From contig JAVRCJ020000019.1 of the NCBI GenBank assembly GCA_034530875.2, positions 32,001 through 96,000 of the forward strand: a stretch of DNA of 64,000 nt, read 5' to 3'. The notes under the pieces were generated by a model, which saw only the letters and a list, made by a program, of their open reading frames with translations, was not told where the DNA came from and ran no database searches. Each line of letters begins with the position of its first letter. Positions within the stretch are counted from its first letter, which is position 1. A program made the translations under genes and the position numbers. Below are positions 38,917 through 49,208 of the stretch, piece after piece. This DNA is from Nostoc sp. DedSLP01. GTDB lineage: Bacteria; Cyanobacteriota; Cyanobacteriia; Cyanobacteriales; Nostocaceae.

Positions 38917-41900
38917 ATGACAACAAACGATTATAAAACGTTAAATTTCCAAAATGTAGAAGAGTGTAACAAGCAGCTACAGTTAACAGTTGAGTACCAA
39001 AAAATTTTGGGGAGAATCCTAGCCAAAATTAGGGCATCCGTAAAGCTAGAATCTTTGTGTTCGACTTCTTGCCAAGATATTTGCCGACAATTGAAGATTG
39101 AGCGAGTTGCAATTTACCGCTTTAACCCAGACTGGAGTGGTAGTTTTATCAATAGTTTTGGCTTTGCCGAACCACGCTGGGATACACTCAGCAGTTTTGG
39201 ACAGGACTTAGTGTGGCAAGATTCCTATTTACAAGAAACTCAGGGAGGGCGATATCGCAAAAACGAGCCGTTTGCTGTCGCTGACATTTACGAAGCTGGA
39301 CACGCTCGCTGTCATGTTGAGGTATTAGAACAGTTTCAAATTCGAGCTTATGCGATCGCGCCTATTTTCATTGGGGCAAAACTATGGGGTTTACTCGCAG
39401 GCTATCAACACTCTGAACCCCGACAATGGCATTCTCAAGAAGTAGAATTTTTAGCCCAAGCCGCCAGCCATTTCGGTGTGGCAATGCAGCAAGCAGAAAT
39501 CTTAGAACAAAGCAAACAACGCACAGCAGAATTACAAGATGCAATTGCGCGGCAACGTGCGTTAACAGAAGTGGTGGGAAACATTCGCTCCTCTGTGAAC
39601 ACCGAAATTATTCTCAACACCGCTTGTCAGGAACTCTGCAAACTCCTGAAGCTAGAACGGGCAGCGGTTTATCGCTTCAATGAAGATTGGAGTGGCGAAT
39701 TTGTCAGCCAATTCGGTATGGTTGAGGCGCAATGGGATAGAACCAATCCATTTGGCAAAAATTTAGTTTGGGAAGATACCCACCTCCAAGACACCAAAGG
39801 CGGACGCTACCGCAATAATGAAAGTTTTGCTGTTAACGACATTTATCAAGCTGGACACTCACGCTGTCATGTCGATATTTTGGAGCAATTCAAGATTCGC
39901 GCTTATATTTTAGCCCCCATCTTCATCGGGCCAAAACTGTGGGGATTGATAGCAGCATATCAACATTCAGGGGCGCGTCAATGGGCAAATTATGAAGTTG
40001 AATTCCTGGGACAAGTAGGGGCGCAGCTGGGAGTGGCGATTCAGCAAGCCGAAAATTTAACCCAGTCGAAACAACAGGCGACGGCGTTACAAAATGCGAT
40101 CGCTCGCCAACGCGCACTCACAGAAGTCGTCGGCAAAATTCGCTCCTCTTTAGATATCGAATTAATCCTGAAAACTACTTGCCAGGAAGTCTGTAAACTC
40201 TTGCGGGTCGAGCGAGTCGGCGTTTATCGCTTTAATGAAGACTGGAGTGGCGAATTTGTCAGCCATTTCGGGATGGTAGAAGCACAATGGGATAGCATCA
40301 ATTTATTTGGCAAAAATCTAGTTTGGGAGGATACTCACCTCCAAGAAACCAAAGGCGGACGCTACCGCAATAACGAAAGTTTTGCTGTCAACGACATCTA
40401 CCAAGCCGGACACTCGCGCTGTCACCTGGATATTTTGGAGCAGTTCAAGATTCGCGCTTATGTCTTAACGCCAATTTTTGTCGGGCGGAATCTGTGGGGA
40501 TTGCTGGCTGCCTATCAACATTCTGCACCGCGTCAATGGGATAGCGTGGAAGTGGAATTTTTAGGACAAGTTGCCAGTCAGCTCGGAGTAGCAATGCAAA
40601 GTTCCGAGATGGTGACGCAAATCCAAACTCGCGCTGACGAGCTGCACAAATTTGCCGAACAGCGACGGATTTTATTTGATTTAGTCGTCCAAATTCGGGA
40701 ATCGTTGGATTTAGAGACGATATTTAAAACTACAGTACAGGAAGTGCGGCGATCGCTCAAAGCAGATCGAGTCGGTATCTTTCGCTTTGAACCTGATGTC
40801 GGTTTTTGTAGCGGTGAATTTATCGCTGAAGATGTGCTACCTAAATTTGATTCTGCCCTGGCCGTAAAGGTGCAAGACTATTGCTTTGGCGACCAGTACG
40901 CACCGCAATATCGTCAAGGACAAGTGCAAGTTATTTCTGATGTCAACAGCATTGGCTCGAAAGTGCCTCATCTTGATGTGATTGAGCGATTTCAAGTCAA
41001 AGCACAGATTGTTGTGCCGCTAATGGAAGGCGATGAACTATGGGGATTGTTATGCATTCACCAATGCACCCATGCACGTGATTGGGAAGCAGCTGAATTA
41101 GAATTTGTCACCCAAGTCGCGGCTCAAGTCAGCGTAGCCTTACGTCAAGCCAACTTGTTCCAACAATCGAGTTTGCTCGGTCAAACCCGTGAAGAAGCAA
41201 ACCAACTCGCCCAAGCACTTAACGAACTACGCACTGCCCAACTGCAAATTATCCACACAGAAAAAATGGCCAGCTTGGGACAACTAGTGGCAGGTGTTGC
41301 CCACGAAATTAATAACCCGGTTAATTTCATCCACGGAAACTTAGAACACGCGCACCAATATACCCAAGATTTAATGCGCTGTGTCGAACTTTATCAAGAA
41401 AATTATCCTAATGCCACATCAGAGATCCAACAGTTTTTAAAGAAAGCCGAAATAGAGTTTTTATTCGACGACTTACCTAAATTATTCCAGTCCATGAAAG
41501 TAGGGACTGAACGCATCCGTGAAATTGTCAGTTCCCTACGCAATTTTTCCCGCCTAGATGAAGCTGAATTTAAAACAGCAAATATTCACGAAGGCATTGA
41601 CAGCACGTTGATGATTTTGCAAAATCGCTTGAAGCCCTCATCTGATAGCCCGACGATTCATGTAATCAAAGACTACGATGCTTTACCTTTAATAGAATGC
41701 TATCCCGGTCAGTTGAATCAGGTATTTATGAATTTGCTGTCTAATGCCATTGATGCCTTAGAAGAACGAAACGCCCAAGCTACTGCCGAAGCAATGGCAA
41801 CAAACCCCAGCGAAATCCGAATTTCTACTTCCCTGCTCAATAATGACTGGATTGCCATTCGCATTGCTGACAACGGGCTTGGCATGGATGAAAAAACACT

Positions 41901-42081
41901 CTCTCGGTTGTTCGATCCATTTTTTACCACCAAAGTTGTTGGTAAAGGCACAGGACTAGGGCTTTCCATCAGCTACCAGATTGTCACAGATAAACACAAG
42001 GGCAAGATTTACTGCCAGTCTGAGCCTTCCAAAGGCACAGAGTTTGTGGTTGAACTGCCAATTCGTCAGGCAAAAAGTTGA
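38917..42081 (+). CDS. Cyanobacteriochrome histidine kinase (4 GAF-HisKA-HATPase)
   Basis: GAF1-3 carry W.D(S/T)(Y/H)LQ.T.GGRY and the CH bilin motif; GAF4 has DYCF. H-box AHEINNP, N-box NLLSNAIDA and G-boxes. Confidence 0.92.
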   Translation: MTTNDYKTLNFQNVEECNKQLQLTVEYQKILGRILAKIRASVKLESLCSTSCQDICRQLKIERVAIYRFNPDWSGSFINSFGFAEPRWDTLSSFGQDLVWQDSYLQETQGGRYRKNEPFAVADIYEAGHARCHVEVLEQFQIRAYAIAPIFIGAKLWGLLAGYQHSEPRQWHSQEVEFLAQAASHFGVAMQQAEILEQSKQRTAELQDAIARQRALTEVVGNIRSSVNTEIILNTACQELCKLLKLERAAVYRFNEDWSGEFVSQFGMVEAQWDRTNPFGKNLVWEDTHLQDTKGGRYRNNESFAVNDIYQAGHSRCHVDILEQFKIRAYILAPIFIGPKLWGLIAAYQHSGARQWANYEVEFLGQVGAQLGVAIQQAENLTQSKQQATALQNAIARQRALTEVVGKIRSSLDIELILKTTCQEVCKLLRVERVGVYRFNEDWSGEFVSHFGMVEAQWDSINLFGKNLVWEDTHLQETKGGRYRNNESFAVNDIYQAGHSRCHLDILEQFKIRAYVLTPIFVGRNLWGLLAAYQHSAPRQWDSVEVEFLGQVASQLGVAMQSSEMVTQIQTRADELHKFAEQRRILFDLVVQIRESLDLETIFKTTVQEVRRSLKADRVGIFRFEPDVGFCSGEFIAEDVLPKFDSALAVKVQDYCFGDQYAPQYRQGQVQVISDVNSIGSKVPHLDVIERFQVKAQIVVPLMEGDELWGLLCIHQCTHARDWEAAELEFVTQVAAQVSVALRQANLFQQSSLLGQTREEANQLAQALNELRTAQLQIIHTEKMASLGQLVAGVAHEINNPVNFIHGNLEHAHQYTQDLMRCVELYQENYPNATSEIQQFLKKAEIEFLFDDLPKLFQSMKVGTERIREIVSSLRNFSRLDEAEFKTANIHEGIDSTLMILQNRLKPSSDSPTIHVIKDYDALPLIECYPGQLNQVFMNLLSNAIDALEERNAQATAEAMATNPSEIRISTSLLNNDWIAIRIADNGLGMDEKTLSRLFDPFFTTKVVGKGTGLGLSISYQIVTDKHKGKIYCQSEPSKGTEFVVELPIRQAKS

Positions 42082-42139
42082 ATCAGCTCCAAGATGCAGC
42101 TTTTGCTGTAGAGGTTTTGGAGAATCTAGATTGACAGTA

Positions 42140-42312
42140 AAGCTCTTGCAAAAAACACTTTTGCACTCTTGTGGGAAAAGGTTAAAGGTTAAAGGGGAAA
42201 GGAAAATACCAAACCTTTCCCCCTTTCCCTTTCCCCTTTTCCCTACTTCTGCAAGAAGTCTAGTGATTTTCATTTGAATAGTAGGGGCGCATAGCTAGCT
42301 GTGCGCCCCTAC
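42140..42312. repeat. MITE-like remnant plus GTAGGGGCG..CGCCCCTAC hairpin repeat
   Basis: The end ACTTCTGCAAGAAGTCTA is the reverse complement of the 61549 terminus. The hairpin at 42281-42312 resembles 1510-1532. Confidence 0.55.
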
Positions 42313-42473
42313 AAATTTTGTGTACTTTATGCGATCGCAAGTTCCTTGACATAAATAGAATAGATGAGATTTTACGTAAATTTACTGTTTGTTTTTTCTG
42401 GTCTTTGTGAGAGCGTCCTGTACATAAAATACGTTAAATCCATCGGTTTAGTGTATTTATTGAGGCGAAAAAT

Positions 42474-43113
42474 ATGTCTGCTACTAAAAAACCTGCTTCA
42501 GTCCATAGCCGAATTATCGTACCTCAGCGGTCACAGGCAACCTGTAATTTCGCGGCTGGTGTCTCGCTATGATTTAACGGTCAATATCAAAGCTGCATCC
42601 TTGGCGTTAGAGAGTAACAGCGATGGCTGGTTTGATTTAGAACTTGCAGGAAATCCCCAAAAGTTGACAAATAGCTTATCTTACTTGCAAGGATTGGGAG
42701 TAAATCTTGTACAAATAGCGATCGCTAACCAAATTCAACCAAGCGAACACTCCCTACCATTCTTAGATACAGATTATCAACTCAGCCCTCAAGACTCTAC
42801 ACGGCTAAAAAAATATCGATGGCAAGAACAATTTCAGCAATGGATTTCTCTAGGTCAGACCAATCGATTACGCTTGCAAGTGTGCATCTTGAAAAGCTAC
42901 TACGAAGAACCAGTAATTTCCCAGTTAGTTTCTGGTTATGGACTAACTGTCAATATCACCAGCGCCAAACTCAAACCCGATAGCGAAGATGACGGCTGGT
43001 TTGACTTGGATTTATGGGGTAGAACAAAGCAACTTTATTCTAGCCTGAGTTATTTAGAAAAACTCGGACTACCGATTTGGTTGGATTTGTCTGGCGTTTA
43101 TAGCGATCGATAA
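42474..43113 (+). pseudogene. Tandem NIL-domain protein, frameshifted near the 5' end
   Basis: Two PVIS.LVS.Y.LTVNI..A.L...DGWFDL.L.G units. An ATG with GAGG RBS at 42474 reads MSATKKPASVHSRIIVPQR, then shifts frame at ~42531. Confidence 0.7.
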
Positions 43114-43137
43114 TCAAAATTTCTGATTTGCGAAAGC

Positions 43138-43728
43138 CTAAATTTCGTAGTACCAGATATCTTCTTCTTTTAGCACAATTCGATGCAGGGAAAGGCGATC
43201 GATTAAGCCCTCTTGCTCAAACTGACCAAGAACGCGAGTGATGGTTACACGAGTTGAACCTAGCATTTCCGCCAAATCTTCATGAGTTAGACGCATATCT
43301 ATTAAACGTCCTTTCTCAACTTCTGAACCAAATTTTTTAGATAACCATGCCAACAGCTTGATGAGCATCGTATCGACTTTTTTATGACTGCGAATCACCA
43401 TCAATTCTTGAGCCTGTTGGATATGGCTAAGTAGAGTTTCTGTGAGTTGAGTGCATTCCTCTAAAGCTAAGACTGTCGCCCCCACTTTAGTTAAGCATTC
43501 CATCTGATAAGGTTCTAATTTTGACAAAGCTTTCCCCACGATATCTCCAGGCCCCCACAATCCCAGAGCCACAGTTGTACCATCTTCCAGGTAAGTGGAA
43601 GTTCTCACAAAACCCGTTTCAATCTTCCACAGACCGTTTGCATACTCCGGTAAAAATGAACGACGTGCAAAAACTTGTCTAGTACTATTACTTGGCAAAG
43701 TAGTGATATTTGTGTACAGAGATACCAT
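43138..43728 (-). CDS. cysR: Crp/Fnr family regulator, CysR-like
   Basis: LWKIE.G.VR..T..EDGT...LGLWGPGD and HTH LTHEDLAE.LGSTRVTITR; adjacent to NIL and cys genes; ends WYYEI. Confidence 0.78.
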   Translation of the reverse strand: MVSLYTNITTLPSNSTRQVFARRSFLPEYANGLWKIETGFVRTSTYLEDGTTVALGLWGPGDIVGKALSKLEPYQMECLTKVGATVLALEECTQLTETLLSHIQQAQELMVIRSHKKVDTMLIKLLAWLSKKFGSEVEKGRLIDMRLTHEDLAEMLGSTRVTITRVLGQFEQEGLIDRLSLHRIVLKEEDIWYYEI

Positions 43729-43972
43729 ACTCTATAAATACTGTTTTTTGATAAGCTAACCGTAGTATATATATATCAGGTTATAAAAGCTTGTGTATAT
43801 TGAAATTAATAATGTCTTTAGAGAATGGGAATAGGGCATGGGGCATAGGAATGGGGAAAGGGAAAAGGGTAAGGGGGAAAGGGGAAAGATTAAATTTATT
43901 CCTTTTTCCTTTTTCCTTTAACCTTTTCCCCTGCCTCCTCATACTCCCCACACCTCCCGATACCCCATGCCC

Positions 43973-44701
43973 TTAAATCCCTGCACCATCGAGAAAATCT
44001 TCAATCATTCCGTCAGTACTGCTCTGAGGTTTGTTTGTTGGTTCGTCGCCAAGCTCAGCGGGGAATAACCTCGCTCGATCTTCATTTAATTCCTCTAACT
44101 GTTTTTCTAGAGCTTTAACTCTTTCAAATAAAGCGCGGATGACTTCGGCTTCTACGTCCCGGACTTTATCGTGGTCTAGAAGATTGCTAGATAAATTGTT
44201 CTGACGAGTCACGCGTCCTGGAATCCCAACAACTGTGGTATTGCTGGGGACATCTCGTAGCACTACTGAACCTGCTCCGATACGAACGCGATCGCCTATT
44301 TGAATATTTCCCAATACTTTGGCACCAGCTCCGACAACTACATGAGAACCTAAAGTTGGATGGCGCTTACCGCTTTCTTTGCCGGTACCACCAAGGGTAA
44401 CACCTTGATAAATCAAGGCATAGTCGCCAACGATCGCTGTCTCCCCAATCACTACTCCCATACCGTGGTCGATAAATACTCCCTTGCCAATTAATGCCCC
44501 AGGATGGATTTCAATACCAGTTAAAAACCTACTAATATGAGAGACAAGGCGAGGTACAAACGGAATACGTAATTTATACAGCCAGTGCGCCAAGCGATGG
44601 AAAAGTAAGGCTTGAAATCCAGGGTAACAAAATACAACTTCGAGCCAGTTACGAGCTGCTGGGTCGCGCTCAAAAATCGTTCGCAAATCAGTTATTAGCA
44701 T
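43973..44701 (-). CDS. cysE: Serine O-acetyltransferase
   Basis: [27 protein letters not shown] and TLGGTG..GKRHPT; ends DGAGI. Confidence 0.96.
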   Translation of the reverse strand: MLITDLRTIFERDPAARNWLEVVFCYPGFQALLFHRLAHWLYKLRIPFVPRLVSHISRFLTGIEIHPGALIGKGVFIDHGMGVVIGETAIVGDYALIYQGVTLGGTGKESGKRHPTLGSHVVVGAGAKVLGNIQIGDRVRIGAGSVVLRDVPSNTTVVGIPGRVTRQNNLSSNLLDHDKVRDVEAEVIRALFERVKALEKQLEELNEDRARLFPAELGDEPTNKPQSSTDGMIEDFLDGAGI

Positions 44702-44924
44702 ACTCAGTTAACACATCATCGGTAGGTAAAGCTCCCAAACTGGCTATGCAGATAATTTCTGCAAAAACTAACTTATTTTTGGGAATCTATAGGATAATCT
44801 ACGGTAAGTCGATAGGCTTGTGGTCTTTATTTTGCTAGTAAGTGGGATGCTATCACATCCAAGTACCTAGAAAAAAAAGAATTTCGCATAAAATGCGATA
44901 AATCTGTCAATTCACCGTAGTATA

Positions 44925-45392
44925 TTGAGTAAAGTGTTGAATACCCAAAACTACTCTCTCCTCGATCTGTCTTCCAAAGTGGAATACGCGCTGCTAGCAC
45001 TTTTAGAACTAGCAAGCCACCACGGGAAAAAAGTTCCTTTGACCATGAGTGAGATTACTGCTAAGCAACCCATACCCGAACGCTATCTGGAACAAATTTT
45101 GACCAACCTCCGGCGTGCTGGGGTGGTGCAGAGTCAGCGTGGCTCTAAAGGAGGTTTTGTTTTAGTTCGCGAACCTTGGCAAATTACCTTGTTGGAAATT
45201 GTCACTTTAGTTGAAGGTGAGCGAAAAGAGAAAGATACATCTGGGTCTGTGACTTTGGAAAGGACTCTGGTTTATGAAATCTGGGAGCAGGCCAATGCTG
45301 CTGCTATTGAAGTCTTGGGCCGTCAAACACTCCAAGATTTGTGTCAGGAAAGAGAAATTCGCGCACAACAGAGTCCGATGTATTACATTTAG
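44925..45392 (+). CDS. Rrf2 family regulator, CymR-like
   Basis: KVEYALLALLELA and YLEQIL..LRRAG.V.SQRG.KGG; ends SPMYYI; directly upstream of cysK. Start uncertain. Confidence 0.9.
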   Translation: MSKVLNTQNYSLLDLSSKVEYALLALLELASHHGKKVPLTMSEITAKQPIPERYLEQILTNLRRAGVVQSQRGSKGGFVLVREPWQITLLEIVTLVEGERKEKDTSGSVTLERTLVYEIWEQANAAAIEVLGRQTLQDLCQEREIRAQQSPMYYI

Positions 45393-45601
45393 TCACCGAA
45401 TTTGAAATTTGGAATTTTGGCGTTCATGCAAAACTTAAAATCTAAGAACTTCCCAGAGCAAGCTTGCTTTATTTGTGGAACATAGTTTCATCCCAAATCT
45501 ACAATTCTTTACTCAAGTTCTCACCTCAAAAGTGAGAACGTAGAAGAACCAGCTATGTGAGCGATCTAAAATCCAAAATTGTTTGACAAAGGAGTACTTA
45601 T

Positions 45602-46564
45602 ATGCGGATTGCAAGAGATATCACAGAATTAATCGGACGGACTCCTTTAGTTCAATTAAATAAGATTCCCCAAGCTTCAAGAGCAGTTGCTCAAATTGTG
45701 GTGAAGCTAGAAAGCATGAATCCAGCGTCTTCTGTCAAAGATCGGATTGGCGCAAGTATGGTGGAAGCGGCAGAGGAAACAGGCTTGATTCACCCCGGAA
45801 AAACGGTTTTAGTAGAGCCAACGTCTGGAAATACAGGAATTGCGTTGGCGATGGTAGCAGCCGCCAAGGGTTACCATCTTATTCTAACGATGCCTGACAC
45901 AATGAGCCAAGAAAGGCGAGCTATGCTCAAAGCTTATGGCGCACAATTAGAGCTAACGCCAGGTGTAGAAGGGATGCGAGGGGCGATCGCTCGTGCAGAG
46001 GAAATTGTAGCTAAAACCGCCAATGCTTATATGTTGCAGCAGTTTCGCAACCCTGCTAACCCTAAAATTCACGCCCAAACCACCGCAGAAGAAATTTGGA
46101 ATGATACCGACGGACAAGTGGATATTCTGGTGGCGGGAGTCGGTACCGGTGGGACGATTACGGGAGTAGCCCAAGTCATAAAGGAGCGCAAACCGAGTTT
46201 TCAAGCGATCGCAGTTGAACCAATCAGCAGCCCAGTATTAATCGGTGGTAAACCAGGGCCTCACAAAATTCAAGGTATCGGCCCGGGATTTGTCCCAGCT
46301 ATTTACCGTCCGGAACTGGTAGATGAAGTGATTCAGGTTACAGACGAGCAAGCGATCGCCTACAGTCGTCGCCTAGCAAAAGAAGAAGGATTGTTATCTG
46401 GTATTTCTACTGGTGCTGCTTTGTATGTAGCGATTCAAGTCGCACAGCGTCCAGAAAATGCAGGTAAGCTAATCGTTATGGTACAACCTAGCTTCGGCGA
46501 ACGCTACCTGAGTACTTCACTGTTCAAAGACCCAGAAGAAAATGAATGGTTGAGCAAAGTATAG
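45602..46564 (+). CDS. cysK: Cysteine synthase A
   Basis: IG.TPLV.L, SVKDR (PLP Lys), [22 protein letters not shown] and GERYLS. Confidence 0.97.
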   Translation: MRIARDITELIGRTPLVQLNKIPQASRAVAQIVVKLESMNPASSVKDRIGASMVEAAEETGLIHPGKTVLVEPTSGNTGIALAMVAAAKGYHLILTMPDTMSQERRAMLKAYGAQLELTPGVEGMRGAIARAEEIVAKTANAYMLQQFRNPANPKIHAQTTAEEIWNDTDGQVDILVAGVGTGGTITGVAQVIKERKPSFQAIAVEPISSPVLIGGKPGPHKIQGIGPGFVPAIYRPELVDEVIQVTDEQAIAYSRRLAKEEGLLSGISTGAALYVAIQVAQRPENAGKLIVMVQPSFGERYLSTSLFKDPEENEWLSKV

Positions 46565-46809
46565 CAGGAGGCAGGAGGCAGGAGGTAAAAGTATTACTAT
46601 TCCTAGCATTCAAGCTTTTAACATGTCCTAACATATCTGACTACGGCTATATTTAGATTTTAGGTAATAATTCAGAAGCCAGAATACTTTCATACTCCAA
46701 CTTAACAACTTTAAAATAATCAAGTATTTATATCATGCTTGATTTCTCAATCATTATGGCTGGATTTGGACTTCTGAATTATTACCTAAAATTGACTTTT
46801 TCACCTAGT

Positions 46810-47517
46810 TTAATTTTCTTCAATCTCATCCTTAGTTTCGTTATTTTTCAACAAAATTATTAAACAAAAACAACTAGCAGCTAATTTTACCAAACTCAAA
46901 GCTTCACTCTTTAATATAATAAAAGCGCCTAATCCTATAAGCACAAAAGGCACAATATAGCTACCATAGCGAGTTAAGACATCAGCTATAATTTTCTGAT
47001 TAGTTAATTTATATGCTGCGTAACACCAAATTCCTAACAAGAGAAAAAATATTACTATAATGACAACAAAACTTGCTAAATTACTGCTAGCAAATAATGG
47101 CACATAAACGCTAATATTATCGCTACCATTGGCAATTGTCACAGCTGCAACGCTATAAATTTGAGGAGACAGTAAATTAGTAATTGTTGTTTGTTGATAT
47201 TCTTCTGTTTCTTCTAAAGCTTCATCTAATGAATCTTCTTCTGGATTCACTAAACTGCCGATACCTATGGCAATTGGCAGCAAACCAAGTAATCCAATCC
47301 AGTTTTTTGATAAGACTAAGCCACTGAATAAACCAGAAAGACTAAGAATTAACAAAATTGTAAAACCTAAAAATTGCCCAGTAACTATATGTCGGGGACG
47401 AAAAGTAGAATTTATTTGAGAAAAAAATAACAACAGAATAACAATATCATCAATATTAGTGGCAATAAATGTAATCGCGGCTGTACTAATTACAGTAATA
47501 TAGTCGTTCCAGAACAT
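46810..47517 (-). CDS. CadD-family (cadmium resistance/LysE superfamily) membrane protein
   Basis: F.ATNIDD..IL..FF, GQ.LGF, VTIANGSDNI.VY.PLF and PFVLIGLG. Confidence 0.88.
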   Translation of the reverse strand: MFWNDYITVISTAAITFIATNIDDIVILLLFFSQINSTFRPRHIVTGQFLGFTILLILSLSGLFSGLVLSKNWIGLLGLLPIAIGIGSLVNPEEDSLDEALEETEEYQQTTITNLLSPQIYSVAAVTIANGSDNISVYVPLFASSNLASFVVIIVIFFLLLGIWCYAAYKLTNQKIIADVLTRYGSYIVPFVLIGLGAFIILKSEALSLVKLAASCFCLIILLKNNETKDEIEEN

Positions 47518-47635
47518 TAACTTGGTATAGTGGTAAATTGTGTGTTATTAGCAAGAAATGGGTTTAGGAGTATAGGGGTGTAAGGGTATAGTGAAAGAGA
47601 ATTATTATCTCTTAACTCTTCCTCCCTTACCTAGC

Positions 47636-48298
47636 ATGAGTAAGCTTGTAACAGCTTTCACTGAAGGAATCATTGCCTTTACGGCCACTAATATTGATGA
47701 CATCATTATCTTATTAGTATTTTTCTCACAAGTAGATATTAATTTTCGGCGGCGGCATATCGTACTCGGACAATATCTCGGTTTTGCAGCCATAATCATC
47801 GCTAGCTTACCAGGGTTTTTTGGTGGCTTGGTAGTACAGCGAGAATGGATAGGACTGCTGGGACTGTTACCAATAGCAATTGGCGTTCAGCATTTAGTGT
47901 CTAAAAAAGAAGAAAGTATAACAGTTCAGACAGTAAGCACTGATTTTAACCAACCTAGACCTACTAACCCAATATTGGCTTTTATTTTAAGCGTTTTACA
48001 CCCTTATACTTATAAAGTTGCAGCAGTAACGATCGCTAATGGTGGTGACAATATTAGTATATATATCCCATTATTTGCTGGTCATGACCTTACAAGCTTG
48101 GGAGTAATTTTGAGCGTATTTTTTATCATGGTAGGGATTTGGTGTGCGATCGCTTATTTATTAAGCCGTCAACCTACCATTGCAAATATTCTAAATCGTT
48201 ATGGCAACGCTCTGGTACCTTTTGTATTAATTGGCTTGGGTGTATTTATTATTTACGAACGAGGTACATTCAGCCTATTGCCGTGGGTGAAAAGGTAA
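47636..48298 (+). CDS. CadD-family membrane protein (paralog)
   Basis: FTATNIDD, GQYLGF and VTIANGGDNISIYIPLF. Start placed at MSKLV. Confidence 0.88.
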   Translation: MSKLVTAFTEGIIAFTATNIDDIIILLVFFSQVDINFRRRHIVLGQYLGFAAIIIASLPGFFGGLVVQREWIGLLGLLPIAIGVQHLVSKKEESITVQTVSTDFNQPRPTNPILAFILSVLHPYTYKVAAVTIANGGDNISIYIPLFAGHDLTSLGVILSVFFIMVGIWCAIAYLLSRQPTIANILNRYGNALVPFVLIGLGVFIIYERGTFSLLPWVKR

Positions 48299-48389
48299 TC
48301 AATAGTAGGTTGTGGGGAAGTTGTAGCAAGTCTTTCCCCTATGCTGTGAAACGTTTGCTCCCTATCTTCTTACCAATGCCCCATTCCCT

Positions 48390-49208
48390 TTAAACTTGAT
48401 GAACTAATTTCCAACTTACCATCATCAAGATTGCGTAAATAACAAACCGTAGTGGACGTTGCGGAGCTAGTTGGCAGACTTTAGCACCTAGCAGTACCCC
48501 TGGAACTGAACCTAACCATATAGGTGCCACTAGACTCCAATCAACTGTTCCCAGGCTGAGATGTCCGAATGACGTAAACAATAACAAAATGGCTGCGTGT
48601 GAAATGTCTGTACCTACTAACTTACGTGCATCAAGACGAAAAAATGCAATCAATACTAGGGCAAACATTGAACCCGAGGAGACGCTTGTCAGTCCAACCA
48701 AGCAGCCTAAAACTGCTCCCAAAGCCATTGTTTGAAAACGACCAAAGTTAGTTTGTAAGTCTATTTTTGGTAGTTCGGGTAAATTAAACTTGGGGAAAAA
48801 AGTCAATAGCAACAACTGTATTAACGCTAGTAATGTGACTAGCAGAATCATCATCCCAAGCAAACGAAGCAAAATGCTATCCAGATTATACTCGCCGGTG
48901 TGTTTGATGAGGTGCAAAATTCCCACACCTAACAACGAGCCTGGAACGCTTCCAAATGCAAACCATTTGACAACTTCTGTGTCGAGGGTTTTTTGTTCCC
49001 AATGCTTGACGCTACCGACAATCTTCATCAATGTCGCAGCCACAACATCAGAACTCACAGCAATAGAAGGGGGCACCTGAAAGACAAAAATCAACATTGG
49101 GGTGATGAGGGAGGCTCCCCCAATTCCCGTTAAACCAACAATGATACCAACAAAGAAGCTTAAGAATGGTAGTAATAGATAATGCATACTTTTTGGGAAT
49201 TTCAACAA
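48390..49208 (-). CDS. TauE/SafE (TSUP) sulfur-compound transporter
   Basis: GLTGIGGASL.TP, AV.SD, GSVPG, VGLTSVSSGS and LVGTD..HA. The start may be at MHYLLL. Confidence 0.88.
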   Translation of the reverse strand: MLKFPKSMHYLLLPFLSFFVGIIVGLTGIGGASLITPMLIFVFQVPPSIAVSSDVVAATLMKIVGSVKHWEQKTLDTEVVKWFAFGSVPGSLLGVGILHLIKHTGEYNLDSILLRLLGMMILLVTLLALIQLLLLTFFPKFNLPELPKIDLQTNFGRFQTMALGAVLGCLVGLTSVSSGSMFALVLIAFFRLDARKLVGTDISHAAILLLFTSFGHLSLGTVDWSLVAPIWLGSVPGVLLGAKVCQLAPQRPLRFVIYAILMMVSWKLVHQV

